The notes: generated by a model not told the origin, from the letters alone. Positions 38,979 to 48,993 are shown, numbered from the stretch's first letter. The stretch is DNA of 64,000 nt from Minisyncoccia bacterium (GCA_038244685.1 JBBRTD010000001.1:67009-131008), one strand, 5' to 3'. Numbers and translations are program-made.

Positions 38979-40121
38979 CTATGGAAGAATTGATTTAAAG
39001 GCAGCCAAAGAAGCAGAATCAGAATCAACAAGCCAATTCCCATCACCTCCATTTTGATTAAACCAGACCCAACCTACAATGCTTGGATAGTTTTTTATAT
39101 GAGCTCCCATATCTTTTATCCACTGGGCTTTTTGTACTCCAGGAACAGAAGCTGTTGAGAGAATATAAACTGGCTTATTATAAGATGAGAGTAAATTCAT
39201 TAAGGAAGAAGGAAATACTTGATCCCAAGTTTGAGTATCAAAATTAAATCCATCGACAGCTACATAATCAACATAATTATCTCCTGGATAATATGAACTA
39301 ATTGAATTGGCTGTAGTATTTGGAACTGAAACATTATTTACATCCCAAGCAAATTTAACATTTGTTGCGCCATTAAAAGCATCATGAATATGCTTCCAAG
39401 TAGCAATTACTTTTGATGGTGTATTATTCCCTACTGTCCCATCCCACGTATCCCAATTACCATTCATCTCATGAAGTGGAGCTAGTATGACAGAAGCCCC
39501 ACTTGCTTTGGCAGCTGAAGCAAAATTATTTATATATGCGTCAGAATTACCAGCATTGATTTGGTCAAGACTTGTCCCTGTATTCTCCCAGAAAATTACA
39601 AGTGTTTTTCCTGATGACTTCAAACTATTTGCCATGGATGTTGGGAAACTTTCATTCCAACCTACAAAAATTGCTTGCATATCTGCCTGTTGACCAACAG
39701 TTCCCTCAAAGGAAGACAATGAATCTGAAGGTAGAAAAACGCCCCACTTAAGAGAGGGTGTTTGTGTTTGAATAGGCGCAGCAGGAGCAGGAACTACAGG
39801 CACAGCTGGCACTTGTGCAGGCACAACAGGCGTTGGGACTACAGGTACAACAGGTGCTGGTGTAGGGGTGCTTACATAACCATTATACCTACTCCATCCA
39901 TGTTTCGATCCATGATAAGAATTAGTATTTTGCGCTAATAATTTATTTGAATAATTTAAGTTAGATGAATAATTTGAATTAAAATGTGAATAATTTTGTG
40001 TTTTAGCTAAAGCAATAGGTGTACTAAACACTATTGGAGCTACGACTAACGATAACATTAAAATAATAACTTTTAGATTAAGGAATCTACTAACCATTAA
40101 AACTAATTTGTATTTCTTCAT
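38979..40121 (-). CDS. Secreted glycoside hydrolase, GH26-like (mannanase family), with Pro/Val-rich linker
   Basis: N-terminal anchor, PTPAPVVPVVPTPVVPAQVPAVPVVPAP linker, LAPLHEMNGNW (GH26 catalytic-acid motif HEMN) and a W-rich TIM-barrel-like region. Confidence 0.5.
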   Translation of the reverse strand: MKKYKLVLMVSRFLNLKVIILMLSLVVAPIVFSTPIALAKTQNYSHFNSNYSSNLNYSNKLLAQNTNSYHGSKHGWSRYNGYVSTPTPAPVVPVVPTPVVPAQVPAVPVVPAPAAPIQTQTPSLKWGVFLPSDSLSSFEGTVGQQADMQAIFVGWNESFPTSMANSLKSSGKTLVIFWENTGTSLDQINAGNSDAYINNFASAAKASGASVILAPLHEMNGNWDTWDGTVGNNTPSKVIATWKHIHDAFNGATNVKFAWDVNNVSVPNTTANSISSYYPGDNYVDYVAVDGFNFDTQTWDQVFPSSLMNLLSSYNKPVYILSTASVPGVQKAQWIKDMGAHIKNYPSIVGWVWFNQNGGDGNWLVDSDSASLAAFKSILP

Positions 40122-40374
40122 ACAATTTCAAGCCTAACAAATACAAATTGGATGTAAATACTTTGCTCAAATTCCACCATTTTTAGAAAATAAAACAACT
40201 TTTTTGCAAAAAAGTTGTTTTATTATAAGTATATTTTAAAAACCAGTTATTCATCTTAAATTAATGTTTGTATTATAAGCCCCATAAACAATAAAACTGT
40301 CAAACGCTATATTTAAAGTCTTTTCTGTAATTCATATAAATAACTTTTTTATAAAAAAAATAAATTTTTTAAAA

Positions 40375-40872
40375 TTACAAACAAGTTAAATCTGAATCTT
40401 GATATTTAGGATAATAGACAACGGCACCATTTGATTCACGAGTATAACCTAAGGCAAGTCCTGAACCAGGATAACAATAATATTTATAACCATATGTTCC
40501 GGCGGGAGAACTATCCCCTGTCATATTATTTAATGGATCTACTGGGACCTTAGCGGCAATACCACTTAATACTAAGAAATTCATAAAAGAAGGAGAAACT
40601 GTAGGCTGAGAACTATAGTCCCAGCCTCCAGAATTTGCGTCCACCCATGCCTGACCATTACGGGAAGGATTATAAGTAACAGGAATTCCACCATACTGCA
40701 TATTGTACTGCACTAACATTGTATAAATTGTCTGCATATCTTTTTGTCTAACAGCATCTCTAGATTTCTTTCGGGCTGCACTTAAAGAAGCAAGAACTAC
40801 AGAAGAAAGAATGCCGATGATTGCAATAACAATGAGAAGTTCAATTAGGGTAAAACCCTTTTTATATTTCAT
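40375..40872 (-). CDS. Type IV pilin/pseudopilin (prepilin with class III signal)
   Basis: MKYKKGFTLIELLIVIAIIGILSSV: G|FTLIEL cleavage/methylation motif. Start likely at MKYKKG, 6 codons inside the tracked ORF. Confidence 0.85.
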   Translation of the reverse strand: MKYKKGFTLIELLIVIAIIGILSSVVLASLSAARKKSRDAVRQKDMQTIYTMLVQYNMQYGGIPVTYNPSRNGQAWVDANSGGWDYSSQPTVSPSFMNFLVLSGIAAKVPVDPLNNMTGDSSPAGTYGYKYYCYPGSGLALGYTRESNGAVVYYPKYQDSDLTCL

Positions 40873-40975
40873 ACTCTGATTGTACTCCAATTTAAAGTAA
40901 TTGAAAGAAATTAAAACTAATATAAATAAAAAAACAGCAAAGATAACTTTGCTGTTTTTTTATTTAAGGTTAAAT

Positions 40976-41662
40976 CTATTTCAATAAAAATCTAAGAGTT
41001 GAGACTAAACGAATTTTCTTGAATTCAGGAGAGCCAGGATCTTTCTCTGTAATATCAAAAACTCCTTGATTACCTCTTGTAACGCTTCCAACTACTGAAC
41101 CTGAATTTTTAGCAAATTGAGAAGCGGTATCACGAGCATTTTTAATTCCATCGGCTAGCATTTCAGGCTTTATACTATTAATATCTGAAAATTCAAATGA
41201 TATATTGTTTTGATTTAAGACAACACCTCTTTTAACCAAAAGCAGTGTTTCATTTGAAGTTGATTTTGCTAAATCAACCTTTTTTGTATAGACAGATATT
41301 TGATTAGTTGAATTATATCTAAATGCCGCATCTTTATATGTATCTTGATAAATATTTACTGGTGCAATATTTATTTCTGAAGCCTCAAAACCTTTTTCTG
41401 TTAAAAATGCTTTAATAGTTGTAATATTCTTTTCTATATCAGAATACAAACTATCAACATTATTTGATTTTACTTCAAAACTTAATGCCCAGATAGCTGT
41501 ATCAGCTTTAACAATTTTCTCAGAAAGACCTTTTACTTCAACGTAAGATCCCTGCTTCGAGAAATCTTGAGCAGAGAAAAATAATGCCGCAGATATAATT
41601 ATTGAAAATATAATAAGGGCAGCGCTAATAAAGAAGAATTTGTTGTTTTTTATTGTTTCCAT
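40976..41662 (-). CDS. SIMPL/DUF541-like periplasmic protein
   Basis: N-terminal TM plus ~200-aa domain. Size and composition fit the YggE/SIMPL family. Confidence 0.35.
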   Translation of the reverse strand: METIKNNKFFFISAALIIFSIIISAALFFSAQDFSKQGSYVEVKGLSEKIVKADTAIWALSFEVKSNNVDSLYSDIEKNITTIKAFLTEKGFEASEINIAPVNIYQDTYKDAAFRYNSTNQISVYTKKVDLAKSTSNETLLLVKRGVVLNQNNISFEFSDINSIKPEMLADGIKNARDTASQFAKNSGSVVGSVTRGNQGVFDITEKDPGSPEFKKIRLVSTLRFLLK

Positions 41663-41721
41663 GGTTTAAGTTTACCACCGTTTATTAAAAATGCCTAAAT
41701 TTAATTATTATTAATAAATAA

Positions 41722-42516
41722 TTATGTACCAATTCTGCGAAACAAATAACCAGAAAGAGGAAGAGCAATTACTATTGCAACTAAGCACCAAATAACAGCA
41801 AGAATTGCATGATTACCAATAGGAGTCCCTACCATATAACCCCTTATGGCTTCAATTACATGTGTTACTGGTTGATTTTCTGCAAATAATTTTAGAATTT
41901 TCGGCATATCATTAGTTGGCACAAAAGCACTACTCGCAAAAGTAAGAGGAAAAACAAACATAAAAGTCATCCACTGAACAGCTTCAACTGATTTAGCCAA
42001 TAATCCCAAAATAGCAGACGTCCAAGATACAGCCAAGGTAAATAAAAGTAATATACCTAATATTATAAACCATTCTTTAATTGTAGCTGTTGGACGGAAA
42101 CCAATTAATAATCCAACTGATATCATTACGATTGATGATATTATGTTTCGAAATAAATCAGCCACAACATGACCTATTAAAACAGTTGAACTTGCCATCG
42201 GTAAAGATTTGAATCTATCGACAATTCCCCTTTTTAAATCAGTCGCTACATTAATCGAAGTAGTAGTAGCACCAAAAGCAGCCATTTGAATTAAAATTCC
42301 AGCAACTAGGTAATTAACATAACTAGTCCCTCCGGTATTTATAGCTCCTCCAAATACATAACGAAATAACAATAAAAACATGATTGGCTGTAAAGCTAAA
42401 GACATTAATTGATCTAGATTTTTAAAAATATGCTTTAAACTTCTAACAATCAAAACATAGCAATCACTAAAAATCCAATATAATGACGATTTATTTTTAG
42501 ATATATAATTAATCAT
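41722..42516 (-). CDS. ABC-2 type transporter permease
   Basis: 6-TM ABC-2 topology, encoded immediately downstream of the ATPase. Confidence 0.7.
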   Translation of the reverse strand: MINYISKNKSSLYWIFSDCYVLIVRSLKHIFKNLDQLMSLALQPIMFLLLFRYVFGGAINTGGTSYVNYLVAGILIQMAAFGATTTSINVATDLKRGIVDRFKSLPMASSTVLIGHVVADLFRNIISSIVMISVGLLIGFRPTATIKEWFIILGILLLFTLAVSWTSAILGLLAKSVEAVQWMTFMFVFPLTFASSAFVPTNDMPKILKLFAENQPVTHVIEAIRGYMVGTPIGNHAILAVIWCLVAIVIALPLSGYLFRRIGT

Positions 42517-42519
42517 ATT

Positions 42520-43473
42520 TTATTCTTTTCTTACTGTTTCAGTTTCATGACCAGTGAGACTGAGAAAAACATCATCAAGAGTAGGTTTATGCAGAGACAT
42601 ACTTTCTATTTCTATTGAGGCCTTCTCCATTTTATCTAAAATATCCTTAACTTCTTTTACTCCTTTTTCAATCTGTATCATTATGCTATTTTGCATTTCA
42701 TCTACTGATAAATTCGTGCCAAAAATTAATTGCTGAGCTTTATTAAAATCAATTGATTTAGCAAAAAATAATTCAAGCCGATTATTTCCAGCCCTATTTT
42801 TTAATTCATCGGGAGTTCCTTCTGCTATAACCCTACCTTGATCAATAACAACAACACGATCCGCTAACTTGTCAGCTTCTTCTAAATATTGAGTTGTGAG
42901 TAAAATAGTTATTCCATCATTTTTTAAATCTTCAATTATTCTCCACATAGATATACGGCTTCTTGGATCAAGGCCAGTTGTCGGCTCATCAAGAAAAATG
43001 ATAGGAGGAGTCGCAACTAAACTAACTGCCAAATCAAGCTTTCTGCGCATACCACCAGAATAATTTTTGGCCTGTCTTTCAGAGGACTCAACTAATCCAA
43101 ACTGCTCAAGTAACTCTCTGGCTCTTTTTTTGCTTTCAGCTTTACTTAAATGATAAAGTCTCCCCATCATTTCTAAATTTTCCCTACCTGTTAAATATTC
43201 ATCAATTGCAGCATACTGGCCCGTTAGACCAATAATCTTTCTAATTTCACCGGCGTCTTCTACGACATCAAAACCATTAATTTTAATTTCGCCTTTATCT
43301 GGCGGTAATAAAGTACTTAAAACTTTAATAATTGTAGTTTTTCCTGCCCCGTTTGGACCTAGCAAAGCAAGAATTGTGCCTCTTTTAACTTCAAAACTAA
43401 CACCCTTCAAAACCTCAAGATTCTTAAATGATTTTTTAAGATTATTAATTTTTATTGAAATATCGCTAGTCAT
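42520..43473 (-). CDS. ABC transporter ATP-binding protein (DrrA-like)
   Basis: GPNGAGKTTIIKVL, YSGGMRRKLDLAVSL, IIFLDEPTTGLD. Confidence 0.85.
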   Translation of the reverse strand: MTSDISIKINNLKKSFKNLEVLKGVSFEVKRGTILALLGPNGAGKTTIIKVLSTLLPPDKGEIKINGFDVVEDAGEIRKIIGLTGQYAAIDEYLTGRENLEMMGRLYHLSKAESKKRARELLEQFGLVESSERQAKNYSGGMRRKLDLAVSLVATPPIIFLDEPTTGLDPRSRISMWRIIEDLKNDGITILLTTQYLEEADKLADRVVVIDQGRVIAEGTPDELKNRAGNNRLELFFAKSIDFNKAQQLIFGTNLSVDEMQNSIMIQIEKGVKEVKDILDKMEKASIEIESMSLHKPTLDDVFLSLTGHETETVRKE

Positions 43474-43596
43474 ATAAATACTATAACTTATTTAAATTAA
43501 TATTAGATTAACAAACAATCATTAAAAAACACACCCGACATTAGTGTCGGGTGTGGACTAAAAAATAATATATCAAATATCTATTAAAATATCAGA

Positions 43597-44214
43597 TTAT
43601 TTTTTAACATCTTCTTTAATCATTTTGACAATTTCGGGGAATTTGGGTATTTTAAAGTGTCCATTTTTACTCTTATAAATTACGATCTTTGCTTCTTTTA
43701 ATTTATTCCTATATTTCTCAGCATGGGATATAGGCACACTATCGTCATCCATTGAAAACATAAGGGTTACATCTTTGCAATTTTTCTCTATCAAGGTAAG
43801 ATCTGACTTTAATTTAAAACCTCCCACTAAATCTTCTTCAAAGCAAGTATCATCAAATGGCGGACAAATTAAATAAACAGAAAGAATCTTTTTCGGAAAC
43901 TTATTTTCTGATAAATATTTAGCAAGGAATATTCCACCAAGTGATCCACCAATTAAAATAATATTATTTCTTAAAAATGGAATATACTTCTCAAAATATA
44001 TTTTCCAATCTTCGTATTTTGCATTTTCTTTTAATGGCATCTGGGGTCTAATTATCTCAAAATTTTTACCAAGCTCCTTGTCTAAATACTCTTTAGCCCA
44101 ACGAGGCTTATTCTCAATAGAAATAGGTCTATTTTTTAAAAAAGCTAAATAATCTTTTTGATTTTTAAAAGTCTCTCCTCCGTGAATATACAATATTTGT
44201 TTTTTGTTTTTCAT
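43597..44214 (-). CDS. Serine hydrolase, YdeN/RBBP9-like alpha/beta hydrolase
   Basis: ILYIHGGETF, LIGGSLGG (GxSxG) and C-terminal ...NGHF. Confidence 0.45.
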   Translation of the reverse strand: MKNKKQILYIHGGETFKNQKDYLAFLKNRPISIENKPRWAKEYLDKELGKNFEIIRPQMPLKENAKYEDWKIYFEKYIPFLRNNIILIGGSLGGIFLAKYLSENKFPKKILSVYLICPPFDDTCFEEDLVGGFKLKSDLTLIEKNCKDVTLMFSMDDDSVPISHAEKYRNKLKEAKIVIYKSKNGHFKIPKFPEIVKMIKEDVKK

Positions 44215-44771
44215 AAATTAAATTTATTTTTAATAATTTTAGCAACTTCAACGGGATTTATTACTGTGTTATTTATCCTTATATAATTAGCTTCTTTTAT
44301 CTCTCCTTCCTTGGAATTCAATCGATGAGTCAACATACTATCCTTGAGTTCATTCTCTGACCATTCAATATTTCTTTTTGTTGGCTTATGTTCCAGTCGA
44401 TGTTCAGTTTTATTCCTTCGTATTCTTTCATCTGTATCAGCTTCAAGTTCTACATAACAAATTTCGGCTCCTTTGTCTTTGAAGATTTTAGTTAAATTAT
44501 CAAGATAATCCCAGTCTTTTTGATCATCAAAATACCAGACATAAGTAAAAATTAGCCCTTCTAAATCACTAGAAACTACCTCTTGGAAAATTTCTTCACG
44601 AAACAGATTTACAAGTCTTTTACCAGAAGGAGTACTGTAACTAAAAAATTTAGATACTAATTCAATGGTCATGTGATTATGAAAAAGTTTTAATTTAGTT
44701 ATTTTCTCAAGCTCCTGACCAACAGTCATTTTACCAACAGCTTGGGGCCCGAATATTACAATTAATTTCAT
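44211..44771 (-). CDS. P-loop NTPase, small-molecule/nucleotide kinase-like (AAA_33-type)
   Basis: IVIFGPQAVGKMTVG Walker A. 4-nt overlap with the downstream hydrolase gene. Confidence 0.45.
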   Translation of the reverse strand: MKLIVIFGPQAVGKMTVGQELEKITKLKLFHNHMTIELVSKFFSYSTPSGKRLVNLFREEIFQEVVSSDLEGLIFTYVWYFDDQKDWDYLDNLTKIFKDKGAEICYVELEADTDERIRRNKTEHRLEHKPTKRNIEWSENELKDSMLTHRLNSKEGEIKEANYIRINNTVINPVEVAKIIKNKFNL

Positions 44772-44864
44772 CCTTATATTATATCAAAGTTTTTAAACAA
44801 CAAATAGGCATAAGAATCAACCCCTAATTGGCGAGTACTTTATTCCATGATAAAATAACTACAT

Positions 44865-45626
44865 ATGAAAAATTATATTAATTGGAAGTCATTTTTTATC
44901 TTACTAAGTTTAAGTTTAATAAGTATAGTTTGTGTATTCCCTTATGTTCTTACTCTTCAAGGAGAACTATTAAAACAATTAGGGCAACCAATTTGGCTCA
45001 TATTCATATTCCAATTTGTTCAAAGTTTAATTCTTTTTTCTGTCGCTATATTTTTTGGATTATTTTTTACAAAAAAAGTAAATTTTCAACTTCCTCTTAT
45101 TGAGGCAATAATAGAAAAAAGAGACTACAAAAATATTATAAAAGATATTTTAGGAAAATCTATTCTTATAGGAGCTGTTACTTCTTTAATTATTTATGGA
45201 GTAGATACTCTCTTTACGATTGGCGGTGCTGTTATCAGTACACATCAAAACTATGCGCCAATTTGGCAAAAACTTTTAGCTGCCGTATATGGAGGTACAA
45301 CAGAAGAGATATTATTAAGATTGTTTCTGATGACATTTTTTATTTGGATTAGCATGAAAATATTTAAAAAAGATCAACCAACCAAAATAGGTATCATATT
45401 ATCCATTTTTCTTGCTGCAATTATATTTGGTCTAGGACACTTACCTCTTACTGCATCATTAACAGAGTTAAATCCACTTATAGTTTCTCGTGCAATTGTT
45501 TTGAATGGAATAGGGGGAATTATCTTTGGATGGCTTTTCTGGAAAAAGGGATTTGAGTCAGCAATGATAGCTCACTTTACTGCTGATATATTCTTACTCA
45601 CTATCTTACCTTTATTAATTAAATAA
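44865..45626 (+). CDS. CPBP family intramembrane metalloprotease (second copy)
   Basis: TEEILLRLFLM (EExxxR), IIFGLGHLP (FxxxH) and HFTADIF. Confidence 0.7.
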   Translation: MKNYINWKSFFILLSLSLISIVCVFPYVLTLQGELLKQLGQPIWLIFIFQFVQSLILFSVAIFFGLFFTKKVNFQLPLIEAIIEKRDYKNIIKDILGKSILIGAVTSLIIYGVDTLFTIGGAVISTHQNYAPIWQKLLAAVYGGTTEEILLRLFLMTFFIWISMKIFKKDQPTKIGIILSIFLAAIIFGLGHLPLTASLTELNPLIVSRAIVLNGIGGIIFGWLFWKKGFESAMIAHFTADIFLLTILPLLIK

Positions 45627-45662
45627 GTCCCCTTTTAAAATACAGTAGCGCTTATTCATGTC

Positions 45663-45687
45663 ACTACCTTGCATTGCAAGGTAGTGG
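45663..45687. promoter_or_regulatory. Perfect inverted repeat overlapping the padR promoter (candidate PadR operator)
   Basis: CACTACCTTGC-att-GCAAGGTAGTG (11-bp arms). It sits 5 nt upstream of a TATAAT (45692-45697) and 16 nt upstream of the padR ATG. No T-tract follows, so it is not terminator-like. Confidence 0.45.
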
Positions 45688-45703
45688 GTGATATAATGGA
45701 CCT

Positions 45704-46039
45704 ATGCAAGAAGAAAATATTATTGAAAATACTAAAGCACAAATGAGAAAAGGCAGTTTAGAATTCTGCATCATGCTTATTATTTCTAAGGGAGAAATAT
45801 ATGCTTCCGACATTTTAAAAGAACTCAAAAAGGCTGACCTAATTGTTGTCGAAGGAACACTCTATCCCCTACTTTCTAGACTGAAAGGTTCTCAACTTCT
45901 ACAGTACAAATGGAAAGAATCCGAATCTGGACCTCCTCGAAAATACTACACAATCACAGATAAAGGAGAGAAAAATTTAGAACAATTAAAAATAACGTGG
46001 TCGAAATTAACAAAGTCTATTAATTCACTAATTAAATAA
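45704..46039 (+). CDS. PadR-family transcriptional regulator
   Basis: LEFCIMLIISKGEIYASDILKEL...GTLYPLLSRLKGSQLL...PRKYYTITDKGEKNLEQL. Confidence 0.85.
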   Translation: MQEENIIENTKAQMRKGSLEFCIMLIISKGEIYASDILKELKKADLIVVEGTLYPLLSRLKGSQLLQYKWKESESGPPRKYYTITDKGEKNLEQLKITWSKLTKSINSLIK

Positions 46040-46040
46040 T

Positions 46041-47696
46041 ATGAAAAAAACTATACCAATTACTATATCAAAAATTCTTTTTTACATAGAAGAGGATGCC
46101 TATGATCGCTTGTCAAAATATCTTAATGCTGTCAAAGCTCATTTTTCTAGCTATAAAGATAGCGGTGAAATAATAAATGATATTGAGAACAGAATAACAG
46201 AACAATTCCTAGATAACCATAATCAAAACAATATCGTTACATTAGAGAATGTTGAAGCCCTAATCTCTTCCATGGGTAACGTTGAAGATTTCGATGAAAC
46301 AGATGCACCTAAAATAGAAACTGAAACAACTAATAAAGAAAACAAACAGAAGAAATTATTCAGAGATCCCGATGATGTCGTCATTGGCGGGGTTGCCAGT
46401 GGACTAGCCGCATACTTTGGAATAGATACAAGTATCATGAGACTTATCTTTGTCATTGTCACCCTCATCGGAGGATCCGGTATACTTATTTATATAATTT
46501 TATTCTTAGTTATTCCTGAAGCCAAAACTTCCACAGAAAAGCTTCAAATGCGTGGTGAACCTGTCACTCTTGAGTCGGTCAGCGATTTACTGAAAGAGAA
46601 AGTAAATGAAGTAAAAAAAAATAAAGGAGGCATCCAAAAAATAATTAATTCCTTTTTACTGGTGATTGTTAAAATTATAAGAATAATTTGGAGTATTATC
46701 ATTAAATTAATTGGTGCTCTATTTATCTTCCTCTTTAGTTTTAGTATATTCGCTCTATTATTTATATTTACTATTGTTATCTTTAACATTCAAGCTCCAT
46801 ATATAGACTTCCCCATTATGGCGACTGGTAGTCCATTCTTAATCTACTTCGGTTTAATTGCTGGCTTCTTTGCTTTTCTCATTCCATTTATTTTTCTCTT
46901 ATTTTTAGGGATTAAAATAATAAATAGAAAGAAAAAGATTCACTCAGTTTTTATCCTTTCCCTCTTTGGAGTTTGGTGCTTAGCTATTATCGCTGTTGGA
47001 GTTATTGGAACAAAGCTTATTCCAGAATATCGAAATTCCATGACTAATAATCCAATGTATGTAGAGTCAACAGTGGAATTCCCTCTATCTGACTTTACTG
47101 GTATTCATATTTCAAATAATAATAATGTCACCATTGAAGAAGGTGAAGTTTATAAAATTACAGCCAAAGGTATGACGAAAGATATTGATAATCTATCTAT
47201 GATAGTAGAAGATGGGATCTTAAAAATTGGTAAAAAGGATGATTTTAAAATTTGTATTTTCTGTATAAATAAGAATCCAGAAATTAGCATTGTCATGCCT
47301 GAAGTTACAAATATATCTTCGGCTAATGCTTCAAGAGTCTCGACTGGTTTAATCAAAGCTGATCAATTCTCTGTTAAAGCTTCTAATGCATCAAGTCTCA
47401 GGCTTAATATCATTGCAAATACTCTAGATGTTGATCTATCAAATGCATCTTGGGCTACCCTCTCAGGCAGTACTAATAAGGCTTCATTTAATCTGACAAA
47501 TTCATCTCGAATTGATGCAACTGCATTAATAACAAAAGATACCACAATCAAAGCCAAAAATAGTTCTTCAATTAAAATATCCGTTAGTGATAAATTAAAT
47601 ACGGACTTAATAAATAGTAGCCGAGTATCTTATTTTGGTGACCCAATTATCATAGAGAAAAATAGTAATGGTTCAAAATTACTAAAAATAAATTAG
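46041..47696 (+). CDS. PspC-domain membrane protein with N-terminal DUF1700-like and C-terminal DUF4097/DUF2807 (GIN adhesin-like beta) region
   Basis: DDVVIGGVASGLAAYFGIDTSIMRLIFVIVTLIGGSGILIYIILFLVIPEA (PspC). C-terminal repeated-strand region KASNASSLRLNIIANTLDVDLSNASWATLSG. Translationally coupled to padR. Confidence 0.65.
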   Translation: MKKTIPITISKILFYIEEDAYDRLSKYLNAVKAHFSSYKDSGEIINDIENRITEQFLDNHNQNNIVTLENVEALISSMGNVEDFDETDAPKIETETTNKENKQKKLFRDPDDVVIGGVASGLAAYFGIDTSIMRLIFVIVTLIGGSGILIYIILFLVIPEAKTSTEKLQMRGEPVTLESVSDLLKEKVNEVKKNKGGIQKIINSFLLVIVKIIRIIWSIIIKLIGALFIFLFSFSIFALLFIFTIVIFNIQAPYIDFPIMATGSPFLIYFGLIAGFFAFLIPFIFLLFLGIKIINRKKKIHSVFILSLFGVWCLAIIAVGVIGTKLIPEYRNSMTNNPMYVESTVEFPLSDFTGIHISNNNNVTIEEGEVYKITAKGMTKDIDNLSMIVEDGILKIGKKDDFKICIFCINKNPEISIVMPEVTNISSANASRVSTGLIKADQFSVKASNASSLRLNIIANTLDVDLSNASWATLSGSTNKASFNLTNSSRIDATALITKDTTIKAKNSSSIKISVSDKLNTDLINSSRVSYFGDPIIIEKNSNGSKLLKIN

Positions 47697-47707
47697 CGTC
47701 TAGAACA

Positions 47708-47745
47708 AAACAAATGAGCAAGGCTTTTGGCCTTGCTCATTTGTT
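47708..47745. terminator. Bidirectional intrinsic terminator
   Basis: AAACAAATGAGCAAGGC-tttt-GGCCTTGCTCATTTGTTT. Confidence 0.7.
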
Positions 47746-47748
47746 TAA

Positions 47749-48309
47749 CTAGTTTGAAGTTTCGCATCCAACACGAGAATACAATAACGTTTTAAATTCT
47801 TTGCTTATATCAGGAATAAGTATACCTCCCTCTTCAATTAGTGGATAGCGTAACTTTTCAATGCCCGTCTTATTTGCTTGATATATTTCCTTCTCTTTGT
47901 TTTTCGAACCTTCAACCATATAGGAATATATAGCTGTAATTTTATTCTGACTTAAAGTACCAATTATCGAACCAATATAGCCATTAATCATATCAGGTCC
48001 AGACTGTGTCCCTCTTTTTGTCCCAGTAACACTCTTTCCACTTATTGTTATATCTATAAATTCATCTACCTTATATGGAGCCTCATTTGTTGCTTCCTGA
48101 TTATAGGTATAACATTGCCGGCCATCAACTAAAGTAATGTTGGGTTGGGTTTTTGGCAAGACGACAGCAGAGTTATCTATTATTGCTATAGGAGTATTTT
48201 CTAATAAAAGAATTTGATTAACTAATTTAGGAACCCAATTTTTTTGGGTAAATAAAGCCCCGAAGCCAATGATGATTAAAATTAAAAGTATTATTCTTAT
48301 TGTTTTCAT
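47749..48309 (-). CDS. Membrane-anchored extracytoplasmic hypothetical protein
   Basis: N-terminal TM MKTIRIILLILIIIGFGALF, then ~160-aa domain with two Cys. Confidence 0.45.
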   Translation of the reverse strand: MKTIRIILLILIIIGFGALFTQKNWVPKLVNQILLLENTPIAIIDNSAVVLPKTQPNITLVDGRQCYTYNQEATNEAPYKVDEFIDITISGKSVTGTKRGTQSGPDMINGYIGSIIGTLSQNKITAIYSYMVEGSKNKEKEIYQANKTGIEKLRYPLIEEGGILIPDISKEFKTLLYSRVGCETSN

Positions 48310-48366
48310 GGGTTAAGTATAACAAAATTAAAGACCCTTGTTACAAGAGTAACAAGGGTCTTTAAT

Positions 48367-48546
48367 TTAAATGTTTAAAAATTTTAATAAGTGATAAACA
48401 AGAACCCCTGGCCAAACGATTGATTTTCCAATCGCAAGCATGATGGCACCAAAAGTTACTGCTCCTTTTAAGAAGTAAACAAGCGAACCTATGAGGGCTA
48501 GCCCATAAATACAACCTCCGCTGCCGTGTGATATATTGTTTTTCAT
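48367..48546 (-). CDS. Small hydrophobic protein (59 aa) MKNNISHGSGGCIYGLALIGSLVYFLKGAVTFGAIMLAIGKSIVWPGVLVYHLLKFLNI
   Basis: Hand-found ORF below the track cutoff. Two predicted TM helices. A terminator hairpin lies immediately 3' (48330-48364). Confidence 0.35.
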   Translation of the reverse strand: MKNNISHGSGGCIYGLALIGSLVYFLKGAVTFGAIMLAIGKSIVWPGVLVYHLLKFLNI

Positions 48547-48561
48547 AATATTATTATAATA

Positions 48562-48617
48562 CCGTTTTCTTAAATTGTAATCAATCTGTTGAAAAAGTAA
48601 TCTGATTAAGTCACGGC
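48562..48617 (+). repeat. Copy a of the ~55-nt hairpin repeat family (diverged)
   Basis: CCGTTTTCTTAAATTGTAATCAATCTGTTGAAAAAGTAATCTGATTAAGTCACGGC. Shares the core CCGTTTTCTTAnATTGTAATCAATCTGyTrAAAA with copies at 50463, 50522 and 63832. Confidence 0.7.
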
Positions 48618-48687
48618 TAATATTTTTTATATCTTACTAAAGTTCTTAATTCCCCAAATATGGTAAATTTATATAAAGAAATTATTA

Positions 48688-48993
48688 CTAATTCTTCTCC
48701 CCTTTAAGTATTATCTTATTCTCGAAACCTCCCTTATCTTTCAGTTTCTGAATTCTAAGTTCTTCAACATTTTCATATTCAGGCAATACCTTCAAAGCTT
48801 CAATCACTTCTATAATATCGGCTAGTTCTTCTGGGTCATTTGCCTCCATAAATTCCTTCATCTCTTCCTCGAGTTTTTTAATTAATTCTATTTTATATTC
48901 TTCTGGTGAAGCAATCCTTTTTTCATATACAATCCCCTTTTTATCAAGAATCTCTGGAATGTTGTCTCTAACTAATTTATTATATTTTTCCAT
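48688..48993 (-). CDS. MazG/HisE-like all-alpha nucleotide pyrophosphohydrolase
   Basis: LVRDNIPEIL...EELADIIEVIEAL pattern. ~101 aa. Confidence 0.5.
   Translation of the reverse strand: MEKYNKLVRDNIPEILDKKGIVYEKRIASPEEYKIELIKKLEEEMKEFMEANDPEELADIIEVIEALKVLPEYENVEELRIQKLKDKGGFENKIILKGEKN

Noticed and set aside
45663-45687. Palindrome upstream of padR as a terminator of the preceding CPBP gene
   Set aside because: No T-tract follows. It sits within the promoter (-35 to -10 region) of padR, so an operator interpretation is preferred.
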